Assembly: GCA_965204745.1 (NCBI GenBank)
Contig: OZ242010.1
Coordinates: forward strand, 5,418,116 to 5,482,115
DNA: 64,000 nucleotides
Direction of reading: 5' to 3'
DNA from: Candidatus Latescibacterota bacterium
GTDB lineage: Bacteria; Latescibacterota; UBA2968
The notes beneath the pieces were generated by a model. That model was not told the origin of the DNA. It saw nothing but the letters and a program-made list of their open reading frames with translations, and made no database searches. This document shows, one piece after another, positions 10,105 to 18,926 of the stretch. A program made the translations under genes and the position numbers. The first letter of the stretch is position 1. Each line of letters starts with the position of its first letter.

Positions 10105-13100
10105 ATGAATAACAACATCAGAGAACAAATTGAGCATGCCTTGGGCGCGCTGGCGGATGGGGATTTTGTGGTGGGGGCGCGAGACATGCTCGCGGTGCTC
10201 GGTTATGAGAGCACGCGCACCTTAGACATCTCGGGCAAGGTGAATGAGTTTATTGCTCAATTCCCCGCGCCAAACGAGAACACGCAGACCGAGCAAGTGT
10301 TCCGCGAGAACGCCCGATCCATTCGGATTCTCTTTCAGGTGACGGATACTGAAATCGCAACGGTGCAAAGGACCGCTAGCTTTGACCGCGGCAATGCGCG
10401 GAGTTTCTTGTTCGCCGCCGTCGAACTAAACGGCAAAACCTATTCGCGTGGGCAATACGCCCAATTCACCCGCGAGATCAACAAGCGGATCAACATGCCG
10501 ACGGTGGTGCTGTTCAAGGCCGCAACCGATCTGCTGACCCTATCCTTTGTTCACCGCCGCGAACACAAGCGCGATTCCAACCGCGATGTGCTCGGTCATG
10601 TGTCGCTGATCCGAGAGATCGATCCCATCAAGCCGCATCGCGCTCACTTAGATATTTTGTCCGATTTGTCGCTACCGCAACGCTTGCAATGGATGAACGC
10701 CCATGACAAGCCGCACAATTTTGATGGCCTGTTAGCCGCTTGGCTCAACGCGCTGGATACCGAGGTGCTGAACAGGCGATTTTACGGGGATTTGTTCGGC
10801 TGGTTTGAACGCGCCATCCGCGAGGCCACCTTCCCGTCTCGTCAGAAGCGGACGTTGCCACCGGAAGAACATATCATCCGCTTGATCACTCGGTTGATGT
10901 TCGTTTGGTTCATCAAGGAGAAAAGGCTGATCGCAGAGGATCTGTTCATCGAGGAGCGAATCGCCAGGTTGCTGAAAAACTATGACCGCGACGCGGGCGA
11001 TTCGTATTATCGCGCTGTGTTGCAAAATCTGTTTTTCGCCACCCTGAACACCGAGCGCGACAGACGCGGTTTTAGCGCGGGGAGCAACGCCACGCACCGA
11101 GATTTCTCCCGCTATCGGTACGAGAACGAGATCGCTACTCCCGACCAGTTGCTCGCCCTGTTCGATCAAACGCCGTTCATCAATGGCGGCCTGTTCGATT
11201 GCCTCGACAGCGAGGAGGCCACCCGCGCTGGCGGCTATCGCATCGACTGTTTCACCGACACCCCCGGTCAACGTCGCGACTATTCTATCCCCAATCGCCT
11301 GTTCTTCGACGACGATGGGCTGATTCCCCTGTTCAACCGCTACAAGTTCACGGTGGAGGAGAACACGCCTGTCGAGCAAGAAGTCGCGCTTGACCCCGAG
11401 CTTCTCGGCAAGGTGTTTGAGAATCTCCTCGCCGCGTACAATCCAGAGACACGCGACACCGCCCGCAAGCAGACCGGCTCGTACTACACGCCGCGCCCTG
11501 TGGTGGATTACATGGTGGATGAGGCATTGGTCGCGGCATTGGCGCAGGCGTGTTCGCCAAGCGATAGCGACACAGATTTTTGGCAAGATCGATTGCGCTA
11601 TTTGCTGGACTACGAGGATGCGTTCAACGACGCCCATGAACTGTTTGAGGAAGGGGAAACCGCGGGCATTGTGCGGGCGATTTCCGAGATTAAAGTGCTC
11701 GATCCTGCGGTCGGTTCGGGCGCGTTTCCAATGGGCATGTTGCACAAGATGGCGATGGCCTTGCGTCGTCTTGATCCAGACAACCAACGCTGGGCCACCT
11801 TGCAAAAAGAACGCGCCCGCACAAAGGCAGACGCGGCGTTTGATACGAAAAATCAGCGAGAACGCGATGCCGAGTTGCTGGCGATCAGCGACACGTTTGA
11901 GCGGTATTCGGGCGACTTTGGGCGCAAGTTGTATCTGATTCAAAACAGCATTTTCGGCGTGGATATTCAGCCTATCGCCACGCAGATCGCCAAGCTGCGA
12001 TTTTTCATCTCCCTCGCCATCGAGCAAGAGCCGGACGAGACCGCGGACAACTTCGGCATCAAGCCCTTGCCCAATTTGGAAACGCGCTTTATCGCCGCGG
12101 ATACGCTGATGCAACTCAAGGCCGCAGATCAACTGGACTTGTTCCGCCAACAGATTGATGCCCTAAAAACAAAACTGACGGAGAACCGCGAGCGACATTT
12201 TCACGCGACCACGCGACGCAAAAAACTCGCATGCAGAGATGCGGACAACCAGTTGCGCCGCGCATTGGCAGACGAACTCAACGCTGCCGGCCTTCCCGAA
12301 GATGATGCGAAGAAAATCACGCATTGGGATCCCTACGACCAAAACGCCAAAGCCGACTGGTTCGACCCCGAGTATATGTTCGGCATCGCAGACGGGTTCG
12401 ACATCGTGATCGGCAATCCGCCGTACATCCAGTTGCAGAAAAACAGAGGGGAATTGCGCCGCCGTTACCAAACCGCTGATTTTGAAACCTTTGCCGCCAC
12501 CGGCGACATCTACCAACTGTTCTACGAGAAAGGTTGCCAACTGCTTATGCCACAGCACGGCCTGATCGCTTATATCACGTCCAACAGTTGGCTGAAGGCG
12601 CAATACGGCAAATCCACGCGCCGCTATTTCGCCGAGCAACACACGCCCCTGCAATTAGTGGAAATGGGCAAGGATGTTTTTGAAAACGCCATCGTTGACA
12701 CCAACATTCTGATAGCGCGCAGCGGCAAAAACGATGCGATCTGCAAGGCGGTGGACATAGATCGCCTTCCCGATAAAGCCTTCCCGCCGGCCGAAAACCT
12801 TTGGGGACAGTTGCGTCCGCGAAAGGACAGGCCATGGAGCGCGATGTCGGTCATAGAGCAGTCGATTATGGACGAGATGGAGGCGATTGAAACGCCGTTG
12901 AAAGAGTGGGATGTGGTTATCAACTATGGGATCAAGACTGGCTACAACAACGCCTTCATTATCGACGATGAGACCAAAGAGGAGTTGGTTGCCGCAGATC
13001 CGAAATCCGCCGAGATTATCAAGCCCGTGTTGCGTGGCAGGGACATTCAGCGATGGCGAGCGGAGTGGGCGGGCTTGTGGCTGGTTGATACACACAACGG

Positions 13101-14001
13101 ATATGACGATGTTTCCGCCATCAACATTGAGGACTACCCAACCATCAAAAACCATCTGGACGAATTCTATCCTCAACTGGAAAAGCGGCAGGACAAAGGC
13201 AAGACGCCGTACAATCTACGCAACTGCGCTTATCACGAGGATTTTCAAAAAGAAAAGCTGTTCTGGATGGACCTGACAGAGCAAGGAAGATTTGCGTATG
13301 ATGCGGGGGAAATGTTTTGCGTGAATACGGCTTTTATGATGTCTGGGCAAGCAATCAAGTATCTGTGTGCGATTCTTAACTCTCGGCTGATCACTTGGTT
13401 TATGCGGAATACGGCACTCAATTCTGGTATGGGCGTGCCCCGATGGATTCGCAGTTCGGTTGAAACCATCCCCATTCCCAAGATCACCGCTGATAGGGAC
13501 GCCCTCATCTCGACCATCGTCGATTATATCCTTTACCTCAAGAAGCAACCCTCTACGGATGGCAAAAATTTAGCGTATGCCCGCGACTACCTAATGGTCA
13601 AGTATTTTGAGCGAATAATCGACGGACTGGTTTATGAACTCTACCTGAGTGATGAACTGCATCGCGCTGGCAAGTACTTCTTCAAGCCGTTGCAGGACGA
13701 GCAGTTGCCCTCTATTGAGGAAATCACCGGCGATAAAATGTCTGCACTCCGCGCCATCTTTGAGCAGTTGTTTGACAGAAAACATCCCGTGCGGAAAAAC
13801 CTTTTCTTTTTGAATAGTTTGGAAATCATCCGCATCATTGAGGGGAAAGAGGAACTGAAAATCCAACGTCGGCCAGAACGCGACCCCCTACTGGCATTAG
13901 CAGGCACATTGACTTGTGATGTCACAGATATCGGCGAGAGACACGACGAATATATCGGGCAAGCGTTGCAAAAAGAAATGCGAGGCGTTGATAATGAATG
14001 A
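10105..14001 (+). CDS. Type IIG (Eco57I/TaqI_C-like) restriction-modification enzyme, m6A methyltransferase, with antitoxin-like C-terminal tail
   Basis: GSYYTP, VLDPAVGSGAF, FDIVIGNPPY, GIKTG and target-recognition region. Confidence 0.9.
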   Translation: MNNNIREQIEHALGALADGDFVVGARDMLAVLGYESTRTLDISGKVNEFIAQFPAPNENTQTEQVFRENARSIRILFQVTDTEIATVQRTASFDRGNARSFLFAAVELNGKTYSRGQYAQFTREINKRINMPTVVLFKAATDLLTLSFVHRREHKRDSNRDVLGHVSLIREIDPIKPHRAHLDILSDLSLPQRLQWMNAHDKPHNFDGLLAAWLNALDTEVLNRRFYGDLFGWFERAIREATFPSRQKRTLPPEEHIIRLITRLMFVWFIKEKRLIAEDLFIEERIARLLKNYDRDAGDSYYRAVLQNLFFATLNTERDRRGFSAGSNATHRDFSRYRYENEIATPDQLLALFDQTPFINGGLFDCLDSEEATRAGGYRIDCFTDTPGQRRDYSIPNRLFFDDDGLIPLFNRYKFTVEENTPVEQEVALDPELLGKVFENLLAAYNPETRDTARKQTGSYYTPRPVVDYMVDEALVAALAQACSPSDSDTDFWQDRLRYLLDYEDAFNDAHELFEEGETAGIVRAISEIKVLDPAVGSGAFPMGMLHKMAMALRRLDPDNQRWATLQKERARTKADAAFDTKNQRERDAELLAISDTFERYSGDFGRKLYLIQNSIFGVDIQPIATQIAKLRFFISLAIEQEPDETADNFGIKPLPNLETRFIAADTLMQLKAADQLDLFRQQIDALKTKLTENRERHFHATTRRKKLACRDADNQLRRALADELNAAGLPEDDAKKITHWDPYDQNAKADWFDPEYMFGIADGFDIVIGNPPYIQLQKNRGELRRRYQTADFETFAATGDIYQLFYEKGCQLLMPQHGLIAYITSNSWLKAQYGKSTRRYFAEQHTPLQLVEMGKDVFENAIVDTNILIARSGKNDAICKAVDIDRLPDKAFPPAENLWGQLRPRKDRPWSAMSVIEQSIMDEMEAIETPLKEWDVVINYGIKTGYNNAFIIDDETKEELVAADPKSAEIIKPVLRGRDIQRWRAEWAGLWLVDTHNGYDDVSAINIEDYPTIKNHLDEFYPQLEKRQDKGKTPYNLRNCAYHEDFQKEKLFWMDLTEQGRFAYDAGEMFCVNTAFMMSGQAIKYLCAILNSRLITWFMRNTALNSGMGVPRWIRSSVETIPIPKITADRDALISTIVDYILYLKKQPSTDGKNLAYARDYLMVKYFERIIDGLVYELYLSDELHRAGKYFFKPLQDEQLPSIEEITGDKMSALRAIFEQLFDRKHPVRKNLFFLNSLEIIRIIEGKEELKIQRRPERDPLLALAGTLTCDVTDIGERHDEYIGQALQKEMRGVDNE

Positions 14002-14409
14002 GGTATTCGTAGATACGTCGGGATGGGCTAGCTTTTTTGTCGTACTGAACCTCATCATGCGAAAGCCATCGAGTTGATGACGCAGTGGCAACAACAAAAC
14101 GGGCGCGTGGTCACGACAAACTACATCTTGAGTGAATTAGCCGCCCTCTTTACGAGTCCCTTACGTGTACCAAGGTCGACAATTCTGGATTGTATTCAGA
14201 CCATCTGCTCACGGCCTTGGGTCGAAGTTGTCCACATTGACCTGTCCTTAGACGAGGCGGCATGGAAGTTATTCGGAGACCGATTGGATAAAGAATGGAG
14301 CCTCGTGGATTGTGCGAGTTTTGTCGTGATGCAACAGCACGGCTTGACCGACGCCTTGACGGCGGATCACCACTTTGAACAAGCTGGCTTTGTCCGCCTG
14401 CTAAAATAA
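13994..14409 (+). pseudogene. vapC: VapC/PIN toxin, frameshifted near 14040
   Basis: MNEVFVDTSGWASFF in one frame continues as RTEPHHAKAIELM...VTTNYILSE...SLVDCASFVVM...ALTADHHFEQAGF in another frame. Confidence 0.8.
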
Positions 14410-14479
14410 TTCATCCATGAAGTCGCTCCCTACTCAACCCCAGCGCAAGAAGCCTACAACACCGCCGCCTATCCAACCC

Positions 14480-15300
14480 CTAAATCCTGCAAATCCTGAT
14501 CCAGACAAATGACGCAGAGATCGCGGATTGAGGAAGCGCAGGTGGGGCGGAGGGCGCGGGTAACTGTCTGAATCGCGGATTAAACGGATTACGCGGATGA
14601 ACGCGGATTGGGTTGGCAGGTAGGGCAGAGGGCGCAGATGACACAGACGCCGCAAGTAGGGCAGAGGATGTGGATTGGGGAAGCGCAGGTAGGACAAAGG
14701 TCGCAGGTGGTGCGAAGGACATAGCGGGGGCAGGGGGTAGCGGGGTAATCCGTGAAATCCCCAAATCCGCGTAATCCGCGATTCAGACAAATGACGCAGA
14801 GATCGCGAATTGAGGAAGCGCAGGTGGGGCGGAGGGCGCGGGTAACTGTCTGAATCGCGGATTAAACAGATTACGCGGATGAACGCGGATTGGGTTGGCA
14901 GATAGGACAGAGGATATAGCAGACACAGACGCCGCAAGTAGGGCAGAGGACGCGGATTGGGAAAGCGCAGGTAGGACGAAGAATGCAGAGGGCATGAAGG
15001 ACATAGCGGATGCGGGGAGTGATGGGTAATCCGCGTAATCTCCTAATCCGCGAAAATCCGTGATTCAGACAAGGGGTGGACGCAGATTGGACAGTGCAGG
15101 TGGCACGAAAGACACAGCGGGGGCAGGGGGGAGCGGGGTAATCTGTGAAATCCCCAAATCCGCGAAAATCCGCGATTCAGACAAGGGGCAGAGGACGCGG
15201 ATTGGACAGTGCAGGTGGTACGAAGGACACAGTGGTTGTGAAGGGCGGCGGGTTTTAATCCGCGTAACCCCCAAATCCGCGTAATCCGCGATTCAGACAA
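14480..15300. repeat. Family C repeat array
   Basis: Two TIR-bounded units (14565-14789 and 14847-15071, period 282 bp) plus two half-units ending AATCCGCGATTCAGACA at 15183 and 15299. Confidence 0.85.
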
Positions 15301-15325
15301 TAGGTTTTTTATATCGGAGGTCAGA

Positions 15326-16108
15326 ATGACATTGAACGAGCGACAGAAGCGATTTTTTTACGAACAGGGTTATCTCAAGGTCGCGGGCGCGGTGCCGCGC
15401 GTGATGGTGGATGCGGCGCGGCAGGCGATCAACGCCGAAATCGGCAAGGGGAATGCCAATCCGTTTGCCGAAATCAACACCGCGCCGGTCATTGCGGATT
15501 TGTTCAATGAAACGCCCGTGTTTTCCCTGCTCGAATCCGCATTGGGAACGGGCAATTTGCAACGTTGTCGAGCGGGCGGCATTAAGCTCAATTTTCCGCG
15601 TCCCCCCGGCAGTTCGGCAGATGTATTGACGCGAGAAATTGGATGGGGCAGAAGTGGTGGGCATCTCGATGGGATCAAGGCCGTGGGCGACCGGTTGCGC
15701 GGGTTGCGCGATGATGGGACGTATAACCGCAATTTTACGTCGTTTGCCGTGGTGTATTTGGACGATGTGCCGGTGCCCAATGGTGGCAATTTTACCGTGT
15801 GGCCCAAGTCGCATCACTTTTTTGAAGATTATTTTCGGGAACACGGGCATCGCGTTTTGGACGATCACATGCCCCATGTCACCTTGCCCGAAGGCCCGGT
15901 CTTCGTGACTGCCGAGGCAGGAGATGTGATTTTTGCCCATCACGCAATGGTGCATACGGGCGGCCCCAACACCTCGCCCAATATCCGGTACGCGGTGATT
16001 TTCAGGGCGAAACACGCGCGGATCGACGACATTGGATTCGACGCGTTCACGGATATATGGCGCGAGTGGGATGGGGTGCGCGAAGCCGCGGGCATTGGGA
16101 AAAGATAA
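15326..16108 (+). CDS. Phytanoyl-CoA dioxygenase (PhyH) family Fe/2OG oxygenase
   Basis: FYEQGYL, HLD, VYLDDV, GNFTVWPKSH, AGDVIFAH...H...N...R. Confidence 0.9.
   Translation: MTLNERQKRFFYEQGYLKVAGAVPRVMVDAARQAINAEIGKGNANPFAEINTAPVIADLFNETPVFSLLESALGTGNLQRCRAGGIKLNFPRPPGSSADVLTREIGWGRSGGHLDGIKAVGDRLRGLRDDGTYNRNFTSFAVVYLDDVPVPNGGNFTVWPKSHHFFEDYFREHGHRVLDDHMPHVTLPEGPVFVTAEAGDVIFAHHAMVHTGGPNTSPNIRYAVIFRAKHARIDDIGFDAFTDIWREWDGVREAAGIGKR
16057..16096 (+). repeat. Direct repeat copy 1 (3' end of PhyH gene)
   Basis: 40 bp, 1 mismatch to 16902-16941. Confidence 0.9.
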
Positions 16109-16111
16109 ACG

Positions 16112-16648
16112 ATGCCGCGAAAGATAAGGGCGTTAATCCGACAACTCGAAAAGGCTCAATTCATCAATCGGGGTGGTAAAGGTAGCCATAGAAATTGCGA
16201 AACATCCAAAAGGGTGAAAGTCTTGTCGTTAATTTGTTGGTCATTGTTGATTGTTTGGTGTATGTTTTGTGTCGTATTTGTTCTTTGAAAAGTGAATCGG
16301 GATAGGCCGTTGCTGATAAAGACATGTCTGCGACAGCGACAACCAAGCGGCAGACCTAAAATCTCCTATCAGCGTAAAATCCACAGGAAGAATAGGAAAT
16401 AATAGACTATTCACTTGCGCGGCTAGCTTGACCGAGCAAGTAAAAAACGGACGTGGAGGTGCTGTAAGACGGACAAGAGGTTGTATGTGCTTGGACGCTG
16501 ACCCGATGAAGCGTCAATTTCAGTTGGTCAACAATGATCAACAAGAAAGGAGCGGATGCGCGTCACAATTTCTGGCAAACTCGGTGATGATGCGAAACCC
16601 TACCAAGAAAAGGAAGTCAAAAGGAAAATTGAGGAGTCTCAACGATGA
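16112..16648 (+). pseudogene. hicA: HicA toxin interrupted by a 342-bp insertion
   Basis: MPRKIRALIRQLEKAQFINRGGKGSHR at 16112-16216 and RVTISGKLGDDAKPYQEKEVKRKIEESQR* at 16559-16648; directly upstream of hicB. Confidence 0.85.
16217..16558. mobile_element. Non-coding, highly base-paired insertion inside hicA (non-autonomous element or structured RNA)
   Basis: 19-bp closing stem 16234-16252/16526-16544 plus nested inner stems; no credible ORF. Confidence 0.6.
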
Positions 16649-16881
16649 CTGAAAGTGCCCAGTACATCAAAATTGTCGAATGGTCGGACGAAGACCGATG
16701 TTTTATTGGGTATTGTCCGGGCATTATCGGTCCGTGTTGCCACGGGGACAATGAAATCGAAGTCTATCGGGCACTGTGCCAGATTGTCGATGAGTGGTTG
16801 GAAATCGCCCGCCGAGAAAACAAGGCATTGCCGCCCCCAACGATTGGCAGAAACGTCGCCAAATTGTTAATGCCAGCCTAA
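16645..16881 (+). CDS. hicB: HicB-like antitoxin
   Basis: YIKIVEWSDED..FIGYCPG...CHGDNEIE...EWL..A.....LPPP; ATGA overlap with the hicA stop. Confidence 0.85.
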   Translation: MTESAQYIKIVEWSDEDRCFIGYCPGIIGPCCHGDNEIEVYRALCQIVDEWLEIARRENKALPPPTIGRNVAKLLMPA

Positions 16882-16901
16882 CCCAAAAGCCGTAGCGATT
16901 G

Positions 16902-16941
16902 ATGGCGCGAGTGGGATGGGGTGCGCGAAGCCGTGGGCATT
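16902..16941 (+). repeat. Direct repeat copy 2 (displaced PhyH 3' end)
   Basis: ATGGCGCGAGTGGGATGGGGTGCGCGAAGCCGTGGGCATT. Confidence 0.9.
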
Positions 16942-16971
16942 AATTGTGAACCCTACCAAAAGGAGATCAGC

Positions 16972-17859
16972 ATGAAATCGGCGTCTGAATTTGATCGGGA
17001 ACTGCTCGACCTTTACGACGAGTATGTGCATGGGCAAACGGATCGGCGGGGCTTTTTGAATCGCGCTGCGAAATTTGCCGTTGGCGGTGCGACAGCGGCT
17101 TCCATTCTGGACAGCTTGAAACCCAATTACGCGCTCGCCCAGCAAATCGCCACAGATGACGAGCGCATCAATGCGGACCATCGAGCCTATCCATCGCCAG
17201 ACGGACACGACGAGACGCGCGGGTATCTCGTCGCGCCGGCGGGAACCGAGGGCAAAGTGCCCGGGGTGGTCGTTCTGCACGAAAATCGGGGCTTGAATCC
17301 CTATATCGAGGATGTCGCGCGCCGCGTGGCCGTGGCCGGTTTTTTGGCCTTTGCCCCGGACGCGCTGGCGCCTTTGGGCGGATACCCCGGCACGGATGAC
17401 GAAGGGCGGCTCATGCAGCGGCAAGTGGATCGCGACAAGATGATGGCAGATTTTATCGCGGCTGCGCGTTTTGTGCATTCGCACCCCAAATGCACGGGCA
17501 AAGTCGGGGTGGTGGGGTTCTGCTTTGGCGGCGGCATGTCCAACGCGCTCGCGGTGAGCATCCCGGATATTATTGCCGCTGCCGTGCCCTTTTACGGGCG
17601 GCAACCCGCGGCTGAAGACGTGCCGAAAATCAAAGCCGCGTTGCTCATTCACTACGCGGAATTGGACAGGCGCATCAACCGGGGGTGGCCCGCGTACGAA
17701 GCCGCCCTCAAAGAAGCGGGCGTGACTTATACGGCGCACATTTACGAAGGCGTCAACCACGGGTTTCACAACGACACGACGCCGCGCTATGACGAGGCCG
17801 CTGCAAAATTGGCGTGGCAACGCACGATTGACTTTTTCAACGCGACATTGCGGGAGTAG
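16972..17859 (+). CDS. Dienelactone hydrolase family (YghX-like)
   Basis: RBS AAGGAG; [39 protein letters not shown]. Confidence 0.93.
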   Translation: MKSASEFDRELLDLYDEYVHGQTDRRGFLNRAAKFAVGGATAASILDSLKPNYALAQQIATDDERINADHRAYPSPDGHDETRGYLVAPAGTEGKVPGVVVLHENRGLNPYIEDVARRVAVAGFLAFAPDALAPLGGYPGTDDEGRLMQRQVDRDKMMADFIAAARFVHSHPKCTGKVGVVGFCFGGGMSNALAVSIPDIIAAAVPFYGRQPAAEDVPKIKAALLIHYAELDRRINRGWPAYEAALKEAGVTYTAHIYEGVNHGFHNDTTPRYDEAAAKLAWQRTIDFFNATLRE

Positions 17860-17876
17860 TGGATCTGAAAATCCGC

Positions 17877-17905
17877 TTGACAATCGCTTTGGATTCACAT
17901 AGCTT
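17877..17905 (+). promoter_or_regulatory. Sigma70-type promoter of tRNA-Val
   Basis: TTGACA-17 nt-TAGCTT upstream of the tRNA. Confidence 0.6.
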
Positions 17906-17931
17906 GTCCGCCACAAATACAGCGCGAGGGT

Positions 17932-18008
17932 GGGCGATTAGCTCAGGTGGTTAGAGTGCTTGCTTGACATGCAAGAGGTCACTGGTTCAAGTCCAGTATC
18001 GCCCACCA
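17932..18008 (+). tRNA. tRNA-Val(GAC)
   Basis: Acceptor stem GGGCGAT/ATCGCCC, anticodon arm CTTGC-TTGACAT-GCAAG, GGTTCAAGTCC T-arm, encoded CCA. Confidence 0.97.
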
Positions 18009-18018
18009 TTAAAACGAC

Positions 18019-18057
18019 AAAATGGGTTACGCTACTCAGCGTGACCCATTTTTTTTT
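18019..18057 (+). terminator. Rho-independent terminator of tRNA-Val
   Basis: AAAATGGGTTACGCT/AGCGTGACCCATTTT stem followed by a long T-run. Confidence 0.85.
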
Positions 18058-18566
18058 GGTCGTGTTGACATTTTATTTTTTTCACGTTACGCACAGATTA
18101 GCAAGATTAGCAAATGTGTTGCTTGCTCATTTAAGGCGTTTGGTCCTACAGCCTCGTTGGTTGCCTCCGATGCCTTCGGCGACCTACTTTTTTTCAACAG
18201 CAAAAAAAAGTAGGCAAAAAATGCCGCTCTCAAACGCCGAGAGGCTTGCACAGCGCAAATCGCTTTTGTAATAGGACGATATGCGCCAGCCTGCAAAGTG
18301 GGTTGCGAGATGGACGTTGGTTGCGAGACGGACTTGCGCGCTGTGCCTGATGGCTTTAGCTGATGGGCTTTTGCGATGGCATTTGTTGTGATGCCTTATT
18401 TGAACTGCGGAACGTCCGTGAATACGATGAGCGTGGTAGCAAAAGCGAGAGTGCTGAAGGAGCGACTGTCCGAATTTCTCAAACCGAGAGCATATTCTGC
18501 GATAGGGCTAATTTTTTTCATAAACCGCCCCATCTAGTTGCATTGCTCGTAAATGTCAACATACCC
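18058..18566. mobile_element. MITE-like family A, full-length copy
   Basis: TIRs GGTCGTGTTGACATTT ... AAATGTCAACATACCC; homologous to 36816-37234 (inverted), 7485-7795 and 50270-50353. Confidence 0.8.
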
Positions 18567-18660
18567 CCCTACACACGGCTCGCCTTTGAATTGGCTGTTG
18601 TACCCCGCTCGTGGCTAATCGCCTCGTGTGGCTCACTTCAGGTTGGGTGGTTGGGTGGGG

Positions 18661-18870
18661 ACTGACTACTGACTACTGACTACTGACTACTGACTACTGA
18701 CTACTGACTACTGACTACTGACTACTGACTACTGACTACTGACTACTGACTACTGACTACTGACTACTGACTACTGACTACTGACTACTGACTACTGACT
18801 ACTGACTACTGACTACTGACTACTGACTACTGACTACTGACTACTGACTACTGACTACTGACTACTGACT
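18661..18870 (+). repeat. Perfect tandem heptamer (ACTGACT)x30
   Basis: 210 bp of exact 7-mer, preceded by GGTTGGGTGGTTGGGTGGGG. Confidence 0.97.
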
Positions 18871-18926
18871 CTCCCGTATCGCCTTTCACCTCTTGCCTTT
18901 CACCTCTTGCGTCTCCCGTCTTACCC

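Noticed and set aside
9391-10137. ORFs in repeat regions (also 14434-15300, 18022-18665, 28825-29202, 36853-37296, 49494-50324, 62797-63232)
   Set aside because: They are translations of non-coding repeat families (LSESRI, PPAPFP, ASRLSPL patterns) with no RBS or protein family motifs.
14480-15300. CRISPR array
   Set aside because: Repeats occur in both orientations, unit lengths are 112-282 bp, the intervening sequences are homologous to each other, and no cas genes are present.
16213-16230. Group II intron (GGTGAAAGTC resembles the domain V loop)
   Set aside because: The domain V stem (GAGCCG...CGGTTC) and a GTGYG 5' end are absent.
17932-18008. tRNA-Val as an island integration site
   Set aside because: I saw no second copy of the tRNA 3' end and no integrase; only a terminator and a MITE follow it.
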